DNA of 12,653 nucleotides, from positions 1 to 12,653 of the forward strand of contig JAEOTP010000002.1 of assembly GCA_016839765.1 (NCBI GenBank), given 5' to 3'. Of this stretch, positions 1 through 7,560 are shown piece after piece. This DNA is from Promethearchaeota archaeon. GTDB lineage: Archaea > Asgardarchaeota > Lokiarchaeia > Sigyniarchaeales > SOKP01. Positions within the stretch are counted from its first letter, which is position 1. Every line of letters begins with the position of its first letter. Made by a program: the position numbers and the translations under genes. The notes below the pieces were generated by a model that was given only the letters and a program-made list of their open reading frames with translations, was not told where the DNA came from and made no database searches.

Positions 1-86
1 AAAAATAATGCCTTTACGAACTTGTGCATTTCTTTCCTATTATTTTGATTTATCGTTTTAGGTCTATTATTTTGTCTTTTAGGCAT
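1..86 (-). CDS. Possible 5' end of a hypothetical protein running off the left edge
   Basis: My translation from ATG at 86 reads MPKRQNNRPKTINQNNRKEMHKFVKALF and stays open to base 1. The frame is open from 125 downward. It is too short to assign a function. Confidence 0.4.
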   Translation of the reverse strand, partial: MPKRQNNRPKTINQNNRKEMHKFVKALF

Positions 87-199
87 CTTAGATACTTTTT
101 CTGTTTTGTTAGATTTTGAATCTTTTTATATTATACAACCTAAATAATAAAATGTTCTGAAAATATAATATTGTTAATATTCCATTTAGGTTTAAGAAT

Positions 200-628
200 T
201 TAAGTAGAATTTATATCTTTACAATCATCACATTCATAATAAACATCAATGCGTTGGCCCACAGGTTTAACATTCAACTCAGATAGAATTGATTCCCATA
301 AATTCTTTACATTTTTAGTCTTGTAATCATAAATTTTTCCACATTTAGAACAAACCAAATTCATATGGAGTTCCATATCTGGATCATATCTAATACTTCC
401 TTCATTGAAACCTAATTCTTGTAATAAACCTAATTCTTTTAGAAGATGTAATGTTTTATAAATCGTTCCCAAACTTATTGTGGGATATTCTTCCTTAAGT
501 GTTTGATATATTTGATTTGCTGTAGGATGATCTTTGCGTGAAAGTATAAATTTACATATTGCTAAACGTTGGGAGGTTAGTTTAACCCCTTTTTCTCGAA
601 AAAATGTAATTAATTCTTTAGTATTCAT
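200..628 (-). CDS. perR: Fur-family transcriptional regulator, PerR-like peroxide stress repressor (142 aa)
   Basis: Fur motifs LTSQRLAI, HPTA and SLGTIYKTL. Structural Zn pairs C93xxC96 and C133xxC136. H34, D82, H88 and D101 align with B. subtilis PerR H37, D85, H91 and D104 (Asp rather than the Fur-type Glu). Divergent from catalase. Confidence 0.88.
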   Translation of the reverse strand: MNTKELITFFREKGVKLTSQRLAICKFILSRKDHPTANQIYQTLKEEYPTISLGTIYKTLHLLKELGLLQELGFNEGSIRYDPDMELHMNLVCSKCGKIYDYKTKNVKNLWESILSELNVKPVGQRIDVYYECDDCKDINST

Positions 629-732
629 TCAAAATCACTTGTTCTATAAATGTTTAAATAAATTTAAAGTACTTTTAAAATAAAAACATAAGGTATTTTA
701 ATAACTGTTACTGTTTAATATTTGTTCTTTTA

Positions 733-747
733 TAAGAATAATTCTTA
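733..747. promoter_or_regulatory. Candidate PerR/Fur operator, perfect 7-1-7 inverted repeat TAAGAAT-A-ATTCTTA
   Basis: Perfect palindrome in the perR-catalase spacer. It has the same geometry and AAT-N-ATT core as the Per box TTATAATnATTATAA (5/7 per half-site). It overlaps TATA-like TTTTATAA (728-735) and TTAAATATATAA (745-756). Confidence 0.7.
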
Positions 748-837
748 AATATATAAGACATAAAAAGAATCCTTAAATGTGAATTTAACATCATTATTTA
801 ACACATTTGTAACTAATAATTGAAAGGAAGAACTTAA

Positions 838-2289
838 ATGGTAAAAAAAGAAAAAAAAGAAGAGAAATTATTAACAACAGCTGGAGGAGCACCAGTAGAA
901 GATAATCAAAATTCAGTAACTGCTGGTGAAAAAGGACCAGTATTAATGCAGGACGTCCATTTGCTAGAGAAATTGGCAACTTTTGCTAGAGAAAGAATAC
1001 CTGAGCGAGTAGTACATGCTAAAGGAGCAGGAGCATATGGTACTTTCACTGTGACAAATAATATAACAAAATATACCAAAGCTAAAATATTCTCTGAAGT
1101 AGGAAAAAAGACTGAACTTTTTGCTCGATTTTCAACAGTGGCAGGTGAAAGAGGCTCAGCAGATACAGTAAGAGATGTTAGAGGCTTCGCAATAAAGTTT
1201 TATACAGAAGAGGGTAATTGGGATTTAGTTGGTAATAATACTCCCGTATTCTTTGTAAGAGATCCATTAAAATTTAGTGATTTCATTCACACTCAAAAGC
1301 GGATGCCTCAAACAAACCTAAGATCACAGACCATGTGGTGGGATTTCTGGTCTTTAGTTCCTGAATCATTACACCAAGTGACTATACTTTTCTCTGATCG
1401 CGGCATACCTAGAGGTTTTCCACATATGAATGGCTATGGAAGTCATACTTATAGTTTTATTAATGCAAATAATGAACGTTTTTGGGTAAAATTTCATTTT
1501 AAAACTATGCAAGGTATTAAAAACTTCATGCAAGAAGAAGCCGATAAACTCGCTGGTACCGATCCAGATTGGGCAACTCGTGATCTTTACGATAGAATTG
1601 AAAGGGGAGATTTTCCAAAATGGGAATTGTCTGTACAAATAATGCCAGAGCTTGAAGCTGAAGCTTATGAGTGGAATCCATTTGATTTAACTAAAGTTTG
1701 GCCTCATGGAGACTATCCATTAATTAAAGTGGGGATAATGGAATTAAATCGGAATCCCTCAAATTATTTTGCAGAAGTTGAACAAGCGGCTTTTGATCCA
1801 TCAAATCACGTTCCAGGTATTTCATTTTCACCGGATAAAATGTTGCAGGGTAGACTCTTTTCTTATGCTGATGCACATCGATATCGGCTCGGAGTTAATT
1901 ATCAATCACTGCCTGTTAATCGACCAAAAGCTGCAGAGGTAAACACATATCATCGTGATGGTTTTATGCGGTTTGATGGTAATTTTGGAAATACTGTGGT
2001 TTATGAACCAAACAGTTTTGGTGGACCTAAAGAAAACCCCGCTTTTAAAGAACCACCTCTAAAAATTTCTGGAGATGCCGATAGATATAATCAACCAAGA
2101 GTTGATGCCGATTTCATTCAACCAGGTAATCTATATAGATTAATGCCTCCAGATGAGCAAGATCGCCTCATTCAGAATCTAGTTAACAGTCTAAAAACAG
2201 TACCTAAGTTCATTCAAGAACGGATGGTTAAACACTTTTTTAAAGCGGACTCAACCTGGGGCGAAAGGGTTGCAAAACAATTAGGATAG
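838..2289 (+). CDS. katA: Monofunctional heme catalase, small-subunit clade 3 (483 aa)
   Basis: [13 protein letters not shown] carries the distal His60. Also [20 protein letters not shown] (catalytic Asn) and [12 protein letters not shown] (proximal Tyr). NADPH-site segments SLHQ..SDRG..HMNG, KFHFK and VWPH are retained. Confidence 0.98.
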   Translation: MVKKEKKEEKLLTTAGGAPVEDNQNSVTAGEKGPVLMQDVHLLEKLATFARERIPERVVHAKGAGAYGTFTVTNNITKYTKAKIFSEVGKKTELFARFSTVAGERGSADTVRDVRGFAIKFYTEEGNWDLVGNNTPVFFVRDPLKFSDFIHTQKRMPQTNLRSQTMWWDFWSLVPESLHQVTILFSDRGIPRGFPHMNGYGSHTYSFINANNERFWVKFHFKTMQGIKNFMQEEADKLAGTDPDWATRDLYDRIERGDFPKWELSVQIMPELEAEAYEWNPFDLTKVWPHGDYPLIKVGIMELNRNPSNYFAEVEQAAFDPSNHVPGISFSPDKMLQGRLFSYADAHRYRLGVNYQSLPVNRPKAAEVNTYHRDGFMRFDGNFGNTVVYEPNSFGGPKENPAFKEPPLKISGDADRYNQPRVDADFIQPGNLYRLMPPDEQDRLIQNLVNSLKTVPKFIQERMVKHFFKADSTWGERVAKQLG

Positions 2290-2315
2290 AAGTTTTACCA
2301 GCATTAACTCCATAA

Positions 2316-2348
2316 AATAAAAATTTTTTTTATTAATTTATTTCTTTT
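2316..2348 (+). terminator. Oligo-T terminator candidate after catalase
   Basis: T8 run at 2324-2331 within a T-rich tract about 35 nt after the stop codon. Confidence 0.45.
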
Positions 2349-2381
2349 AATGTCAATATCCATATTAGTAATAATATAATT

Positions 2382-2404
2382 TTTGAGTGAAATTTTCTCT
2401 CAAA
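2382..2404. repeat. 11-1-11 inverted repeat with one mismatch (TTTGAGTGAAA-T-TTTCTCTCAAA)
   Basis: Read directly from the spacer between catalase and the beta-helix gene. Function unknown. Confidence 0.6.
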
Positions 2405-2504
2405 CGTCCTTATTCAAAAAATAATAAACAAATATCTCTCTAGTTTTCTATTATTATAAGGAAATATTAGAAATATTTTCTCTCTTTTGGCTAATATATA
2501 AATA

Positions 2505-2512
2505 TTTAAATA
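2505..2512 (+). promoter_or_regulatory. Archaeal TATA box candidate TTTAAATA
   Basis: Matches the TTTAWATA consensus and ends about 45 nt upstream of the GTG at 2558. The AT-rich background lowers specificity. Confidence 0.4.
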
Positions 2513-2557
2513 TACACATTTACATATCAAACTTAAGTTTTAGAATCCAATAAAAAG

Positions 2558-4099
2558 GTGAAAAAAGTAATTAAAGGCAAATTCAATGTTTTTAAGAATG
2601 TAAAGACCAGGAGAAATTTTGTCATAATTTTTTGCATAACCCTTTTCTTAGTATCTCTAAGTTCAAATAGCATGAACGTTGAAATCTTAAATAAATCTTC
2701 TATTAGAGAAAATACTAAATATATGAAGGAGAAACCAGAAAAAATTCTATTAACTTCTGATTATACTCTTGTTGATCGTATTAATATAAGTTCACCTAGT
2801 GATTGGGGACTTTATTCATTTATAAATGGGACTGGGAGTGCTTTAGATCCCTACATTATTGAGAACATTGAAATTCAAGGGAGTGGTGTAAAAACTATGG
2901 AGGATAATGGTTATACTCACTTGAATGATTCAGATATTGGAATTTATATTAAGGCAGAAGGTAATTTTACAATTCGGAATTGTAAAATCTCTTCCATTTC
3001 CATTGGAATATTTTTAGATTTTGGAGTTTCGACTGGTTATACACATAATATTGAGGGCGTAGAAATTAACAATTGTGGAATAGGAATTTATAGTTTTTGG
3101 TGGAATATTGCGGTAAATATTTCTAAGTGCGATATTTCAAATTGTAATTGGGTTACAGTAAAACCCCCTTACGATTTTGAGCCTCCAAGATTATATGGGG
3201 GGTGTGGAATTTATATAAGTGGAGGTGGTGGTTCTATTGTTGAATTTTGTCATATTCGAAATTGTTCAATAGGGCTATCAGCTAGTCACACAGTATCTCT
3301 TATTAGTAATCAGCTTATTAATTGCGGTTTCTTATTTGATTTTGCATATATTGGTTATATCTATTTATTAAATAACACAGTCAATGGAAAACCTATTGGT
3401 TTATTTTTTAATGAGCATAATTTAATTATTTCAGGACAACAAGCTTCTCAATATGGTCAATTGATTTTTGCAGGTTGTGATAATATACAATTATCTAACG
3501 TCCACATTACAGAACCTTGTAGTTTTGGACTATTAATACATAACTGTAATAATGCCATCTTACAGAATATTGTATGTGAAAATCAAAAAATTGGCTTTTT
3601 TATTCTCAAGACTGAAATAAACGCAGATAACTTATATGCTAAAAATTGTGTTGTAGGGTTCTTTTTATCAGAAATCTCTAAAGCCTTATATTATAGTACA
3701 ATAACCCGGCTCTTTACAAATAACACTGATATTCCAATTTACGCGATTTCGCCTATAGGTAATTTTACTATTGAAATTGAAAGATCGACTCGGTTTTATC
3801 TTGTTGATTTCTATGGCTATGATTCACTGCAATTGAATTCATCAGTATCTTCATTCATTCTTTATCCTACATTTATACCTGCTCTTGACGTTGAAGGATT
3901 TGTAATTCAAATTAATGATACATATACTTATCGTATCACTGATCCCCATCCTGAAATAATAGATATTGACTTCACAATTGTTATTTTCCAAGATTCTCAA
4001 CCTTCAGCTATTCCTGGGTTTCCTTTATTTTGGTTTTATATGGCTGTTCTGTTGGGGATGTTATCTCTGAAAGTTTCATTTCGATGGAAGAAAAGATAA
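2558..4099 (+). CDS. Cell-surface right-handed parallel beta-helix (NosD/PbH1-like) protein with a C-terminal PGF/Loki-CTERM-type sorting signal (513 aa)
   Basis: Basic N-terminus followed by a hydrophobic signal (FVIIFCITLFLVSL). GTGSALDPYIIENIEI cap motif. Repeated I-x-N-C..G-I-Y/F turns. At least 12 N-x-S/T sequons. C-terminus AIPGFP + TM + RWKKR. Confidence 0.8.
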   Translation: MKKVIKGKFNVFKNVKTRRNFVIIFCITLFLVSLSSNSMNVEILNKSSIRENTKYMKEKPEKILLTSDYTLVDRINISSPSDWGLYSFINGTGSALDPYIIENIEIQGSGVKTMEDNGYTHLNDSDIGIYIKAEGNFTIRNCKISSISIGIFLDFGVSTGYTHNIEGVEINNCGIGIYSFWWNIAVNISKCDISNCNWVTVKPPYDFEPPRLYGGCGIYISGGGGSIVEFCHIRNCSIGLSASHTVSLISNQLINCGFLFDFAYIGYIYLLNNTVNGKPIGLFFNEHNLIISGQQASQYGQLIFAGCDNIQLSNVHITEPCSFGLLIHNCNNAILQNIVCENQKIGFFILKTEINADNLYAKNCVVGFFLSEISKALYYSTITRLFTNNTDIPIYAISPIGNFTIEIERSTRFYLVDFYGYDSLQLNSSVSSFILYPTFIPALDVEGFVIQINDTYTYRITDPHPEIIDIDFTIVIFQDSQPSAIPGFPLFWFYMAVLLGMLSLKVSFRWKKR

Positions 4100-4283
4100 A
4101 AAATCTCTAACTCTTTTATTTTATAAAAATATTATATAAATTTATAGGGAATGATGGTGGAATTAAACTCTTTAATAATTAATTACTTCAGTTAAAAGAA
4201 AAATTAAAATCTGAATCATATTATTTTGAAAAAGAGGTTCAAATTCAAAAGCGTATGAATAAAAAATTTGATTTATTTCTTCA

Positions 4284-5279
4284 TCAATAAAAACTAAAAG
4301 ATACTAATGGAGTAATAAATTCATCAATTAGTTTTAATACATTTAAAACAACTATATATGTAGTTAAACTAAGGAAATAAATAATTAGAAATTTTTTATT
4401 GCTCTTTAAACTAGTTTTGTATAATCTTGATATCAACTTTAATGTGAGTGCGAACGTCATGATTAAGAATGGAAAGAAAATGAAGAAAAGCATCCAAGGA
4501 TCCCATCCTGTATTCACAAGTGATAGCACATCACTGTTTATATTGAGAAATTGAGGAAACGTGAAATAAAGCGCGACTCGATTTAAAAAAAGCATTGAAA
4601 TTACAATCGATAAAAGCCATGTGAAACTATTCTTTTCTTTTTTCCGTAAGATAATAAATAGTGAAATTGACGCAAACAAACATTCTGCAACTAACCCCCC
4701 GAAAGAAATTATATTAGATTTAAGAAGAAGAAATTCATCACTCCCCAGTAGATGTCCAGCCGCCCAACCTTGAAGAAAGAGGTAAATTCTGATTTCTTCA
4801 TAATACGTTCCAACTAAAACATCTGCCATTGCATGACCAAATTCATGAATGTAAAGATTTATAAAACCTACTACATAAAAGAGACAAAAAAGTAAGAAAA
4901 TTGATAGAAGCTTATCAGTAGTTTTTTCAAGCATAAATATACTTTTTTTTAATTTACAGAAAAAAGATTGAGCACTGATTATAAAGCGATTTTGTTTAAC
5001 TGCATCTAATTTCATTAGGAGTAAAAGGGAAAACGATAGAAACACAGCATTTATTATTATGATGTACGCAATATAATTACTTAAGGGGAATATGGAAAGG
5101 TCTCCATTATAATCTCTTCGAAATATATTAATAAGGTTAAAAGAAATATATATGTTAAAAACACATAGTATACTTAATAATAGTAATCTAAGTCTTTTCT
5201 TCTCATTAATTATAACTGCACTTAAAAATATTGCTACAGCTGGTAAAATTGGAGCAATGATCGCCCAATAAAAATACAC
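4284..5279 (-). CDS. Intramembrane Zn metalloprotease, M50 (site-2 protease / M50B-like) family (331 aa)
   Basis: Polytopic membrane protein with IHEFGHAMA (HExxH) at the end of a TM helix. ISFGGLVAE resembles the xxAGPxxN motif. NINSD supplies a candidate third Zn ligand. GTG start preceded by GAGG. Tandem TGA TGA stops. Confidence 0.75.
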   Translation of the reverse strand: MYFYWAIIAPILPAVAIFLSAVIINEKKRLRLLLLSILCVFNIYISFNLINIFRRDYNGDLSIFPLSNYIAYIIIINAVFLSFSLLLLMKLDAVKQNRFIISAQSFFCKLKKSIFMLEKTTDKLLSIFLLFCLFYVVGFINLYIHEFGHAMADVLVGTYYEEIRIYLFLQGWAAGHLLGSDEFLLLKSNIISFGGLVAECLFASISLFIILRKKEKNSFTWLLSIVISMLFLNRVALYFTFPQFLNINSDVLSLVNTGWDPWMLFFIFFPFLIMTFALTLKLISRLYKTSLKSNKKFLIIYFLSLTTYIVVLNVLKLIDEFITPLVSFSFY

Positions 5280-5458
5280 TTTTTTATTCCTCTGAACGGT
5301 AATGGTTAATTAGTTAGCAAAAAAGTTAAATTATATTTATTAAAATATTATATTTACTTTAAAAGCCTTCGTAGCTATTTATATTTGAAATTGCATTTTT
5401 TTGACTAAACTATAAATCCCCATAATATTGCAAGATATTTGCCAAAATATTTCTTTAA

Positions 5459-5797
5459 TATTTTATTTATTATTCAAGATACCAGTACGGAATAAACATA
5501 ATACTTCTTTTTCGGTTTTGTTATCATAATCTTGATAGATTTATGGAACAATTACTAAGAACTCATTGAGATATTTATCTATATTCCATTCCCAAATTTC
5601 AACTAAATGGAAAATATTTTAGTAGTGAAACTTATATAGAATTTCAAGACATTGTAGATACTGAAATAATCTATCCATCTATACTATGTTTAAAGTCTAA
5701 CACAGCAGGATTAGAATCAGAGGGTGGAGCTTTTAAAGAAGTTAAAGTTTATTCTAACAATTTTATAGAAATTTTGATTAGAAATGAATCCGTGTAA
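5459..5797 (+). pseudogene. Cryptic reading frame with one in-frame TGA (gene remnant, or less likely a recoded small gene)
   Basis: The frame is open 5459-5566, has TGA at 5567-5569, then 75 more sense codons to TAA TAA at 5795-5800. From ATG 5543 it reads MEQLLRTH*DIYLYSIPKFQLNGKYFSSETYIEFQDIVDTEIIYPSILCLKSNTAGLESEGGAFKEVKVYSNNFIEILIRNESV. Confidence 0.55.
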
Positions 5798-5861
5798 TAA
5801 GGTTGGAGTATTTCAAAATCTAATAAAAAATTAACGCATAAGTATTCAAAATATTCAAAGT

Positions 5862-5877
5862 AAAGAAGATTTATATA
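5862..5877 (+). promoter_or_regulatory. BRE-TATA candidate for the ABC operon (AAAGAAGA-TTTATATA)
   Basis: A purine-rich run is followed by consensus TTTATATA at 5870-5877, about 62 nt before ATG 5940. Confidence 0.45.
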
Positions 5878-5939
5878 AAAAGAGAAAATAAATTATTAAT
5901 AAAGTAATTTTGTAAAAAGAAATAGTGCGATAAAAAAAA

Positions 5940-6758
5940 ATGTCTAAATCAGAAAATAGAGAAAAAACTAGTAATGAATTAGTATTTGGTTCTGATAATC
6001 CGAACGCTATTGAAGTCAAGGATTTGGTAAAGATTTACACCGGTAAGAAAGTGATAGAGGAAGTTAGGGCTATCGATGGAATTTCATTTTCAATAAGTAA
6101 AGGTGAGCTTTTTGGTCTTTTAGGACCAAATGGAGCGGGAAAAACGACTACAATAAACATCTTGTGTGGTTTGCTAAACCAAACTAAAGGGGACGCTTTT
6201 GTAGGAGGATATAATGTTAAGAAAGACCTTAGCAAAATCAAAGAATTAATTGGTGTGTGCCCACAACAAGCATCTGTTTATCAATATTTAAATGCAAAGG
6301 AAAATATCGAGCTTTTCGGGAATTTACATCTTGTGAAAAAAGAGGTAATAAATGAAAGAATGGAAAGGTTTCTTGATTTATTAGGCTTAACAAAAGCTAG
6401 CAATAGAGCAGCAAAGAAATACAGCGGGGGGATGTTACGACAATTAAATCTTATTATGGCTTTGATAAGCGATCCTCCCATTTTGTTTTTGGATGAACCA
6501 ACAGTTGGGATGGATGCACGTGTCAGGCGAAAGACCTGGGAATTCATTAATTCTTTAAAGCAAACTAATAAGACAGTTGTATTAACAACACATTACATTG
6601 AAGAAGCCGAAGCACTTTGTGATAGAGTTGCTATAATTGATTTCGGTAAATTAGTTGCAATAGGGCCACCAAAGGAATTAATCGAGAAGCACAATGCTAA
6701 AAACTTGGAGGAAGTATTCTTGCAAATCACGGGAAGAAGAATTATGGAGGGAATCTAA
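5940..6758 (+). CDS. ABC exporter ATP-binding subunit (DrrA/NodI-like, 272 aa)
   Basis: Walker A GPNGAGKTT, Q-loop CPQ, signature YSGGM, Walker B LFLDEPTVGMD, H-loop LTTHY and C-terminal LEEVFLQITG. Confidence 0.95.
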   Translation: MSKSENREKTSNELVFGSDNPNAIEVKDLVKIYTGKKVIEEVRAIDGISFSISKGELFGLLGPNGAGKTTTINILCGLLNQTKGDAFVGGYNVKKDLSKIKELIGVCPQQASVYQYLNAKENIELFGNLHLVKKEVINERMERFLDLLGLTKASNRAAKKYSGGMLRQLNLIMALISDPPILFLDEPTVGMDARVRRKTWEFINSLKQTNKTVVLTTHYIEEAEALCDRVAIIDFGKLVAIGPPKELIEKHNAKNLEEVFLQITGRRIMEGI

Positions 6759-6760
6759 AA

Positions 6761-7531
6761 ATGAAGCGACAAAGAATTTTTGCGTTCGTGAAAATACAAT
6801 TTAAAAGCCTCATCAAGGTACCAACAGCATTGTTTATAGTACTATTACTCCCCGTAGCACTAATAATGATATTTGGTTTTGCGTTTGGAGGAGTCTATGT
6901 AGAAAACTACGGTTGGACATCTCAATCAGGATATTTATTCGAATTCATGGTTCCCGGATTCATTGCCCTTAGCGGAATGTTCATGGCAATACCCGTTGCT
7001 CTAACGTTTTCAGAAGATCGAGAACAAGGTTTGTTAAAAAGAATTAATACAACGCCAACAAGCGCAGCAGAATTCATGGGAAGTCACGTAATATCCAATA
7101 TGAGCATGGCAATCATTCAAGTGGCAATAATCTTCATTCTCACTTTTCTAATGAGGGGAATGAGGTTCATAACACCTGTAGGAATAATCCTTTCATTTGT
7201 GATTATGATTATTTTCTCATTATCCACTATTGGCTTTGGATTGATAACGGCAACTATCGCAAAAAGCGCTAAAGCCGCGGGGGGAATTGTTTGGATTTTT
7301 CTCCTACCACAACAGCTGCTTGCGGCTAACTTGTACCCGTTACCCCCCGAGACTCAAATAGTTACTATGTTTATGCCATTACATTACGCGGCAGACGCTT
7401 TAACTCTTCTTTTCTACGGTGTCGATTTAACTAATTTAAGGATTTGGTGGGATTTGATAATTCTTATAGTTTTCAGTCTTGTATTAATTATCGCAGGAAT
7501 CTTATTATTCAGGAAGTACGGTAAAGTTTAA
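6761..7531 (+). CDS. ABC-2 type transporter permease (256 aa)
   Basis: About six TM segments, FMVPG, the EDREQGLLKRINTTP coupling motif, and LYPL..MPLHYA. It starts 2 nt after the ATPase stop. Confidence 0.93.
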   Translation: MKRQRIFAFVKIQFKSLIKVPTALFIVLLLPVALIMIFGFAFGGVYVENYGWTSQSGYLFEFMVPGFIALSGMFMAIPVALTFSEDREQGLLKRINTTPTSAAEFMGSHVISNMSMAIIQVAIIFILTFLMRGMRFITPVGIILSFVIMIIFSLSTIGFGLITATIAKSAKAAGGIVWIFLLPQQLLAANLYPLPPETQIVTMFMPLHYAADALTLLFYGVDLTNLRIWWDLIILIVFSLVLIIAGILLFRKYGKV

Positions 7532-7560
7532 TCGCTAATTTTAATAAACAAACCAAAGAG

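Noticed and set aside
762-825. Additional weak Per-box-like sites (764-778, 785-799, 811-825)
   Set aside because: They are not palindromic and cannot be distinguished from AT-rich background by eye.
794-1638. Minus-strand ORFs 794-979 and 1369-1638
   Set aside because: They are antisense shadows of catalase. The hydrophobic look of the 61-aa ORF is just the complement of A-rich Lys/Glu codons.
2287-2307. Possible TAG read-through (pyrrolysine) at the catalase stop
   Set aside because: The catalase is already full length, read-through would add only KFYQH, and there is no supporting context.
2558-4099. Calling the beta-helix protein a true NosD copper-insertion protein
   Set aside because: There is no nosZ or other nos gene nearby. 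The similarity reflects the general beta-helix fold.
5780-5939. SECIS element downstream of the TGA-containing frame
   Set aside because: An ATGA is present at 5784, but I could not build the flanking helices or the GA partner. A covariance-model search is needed.
6035-6547. Minus-strand ORFs 6035-6241 and 6281-6547
   Set aside because: They are typical antisense shadows of an ABC ATPase.
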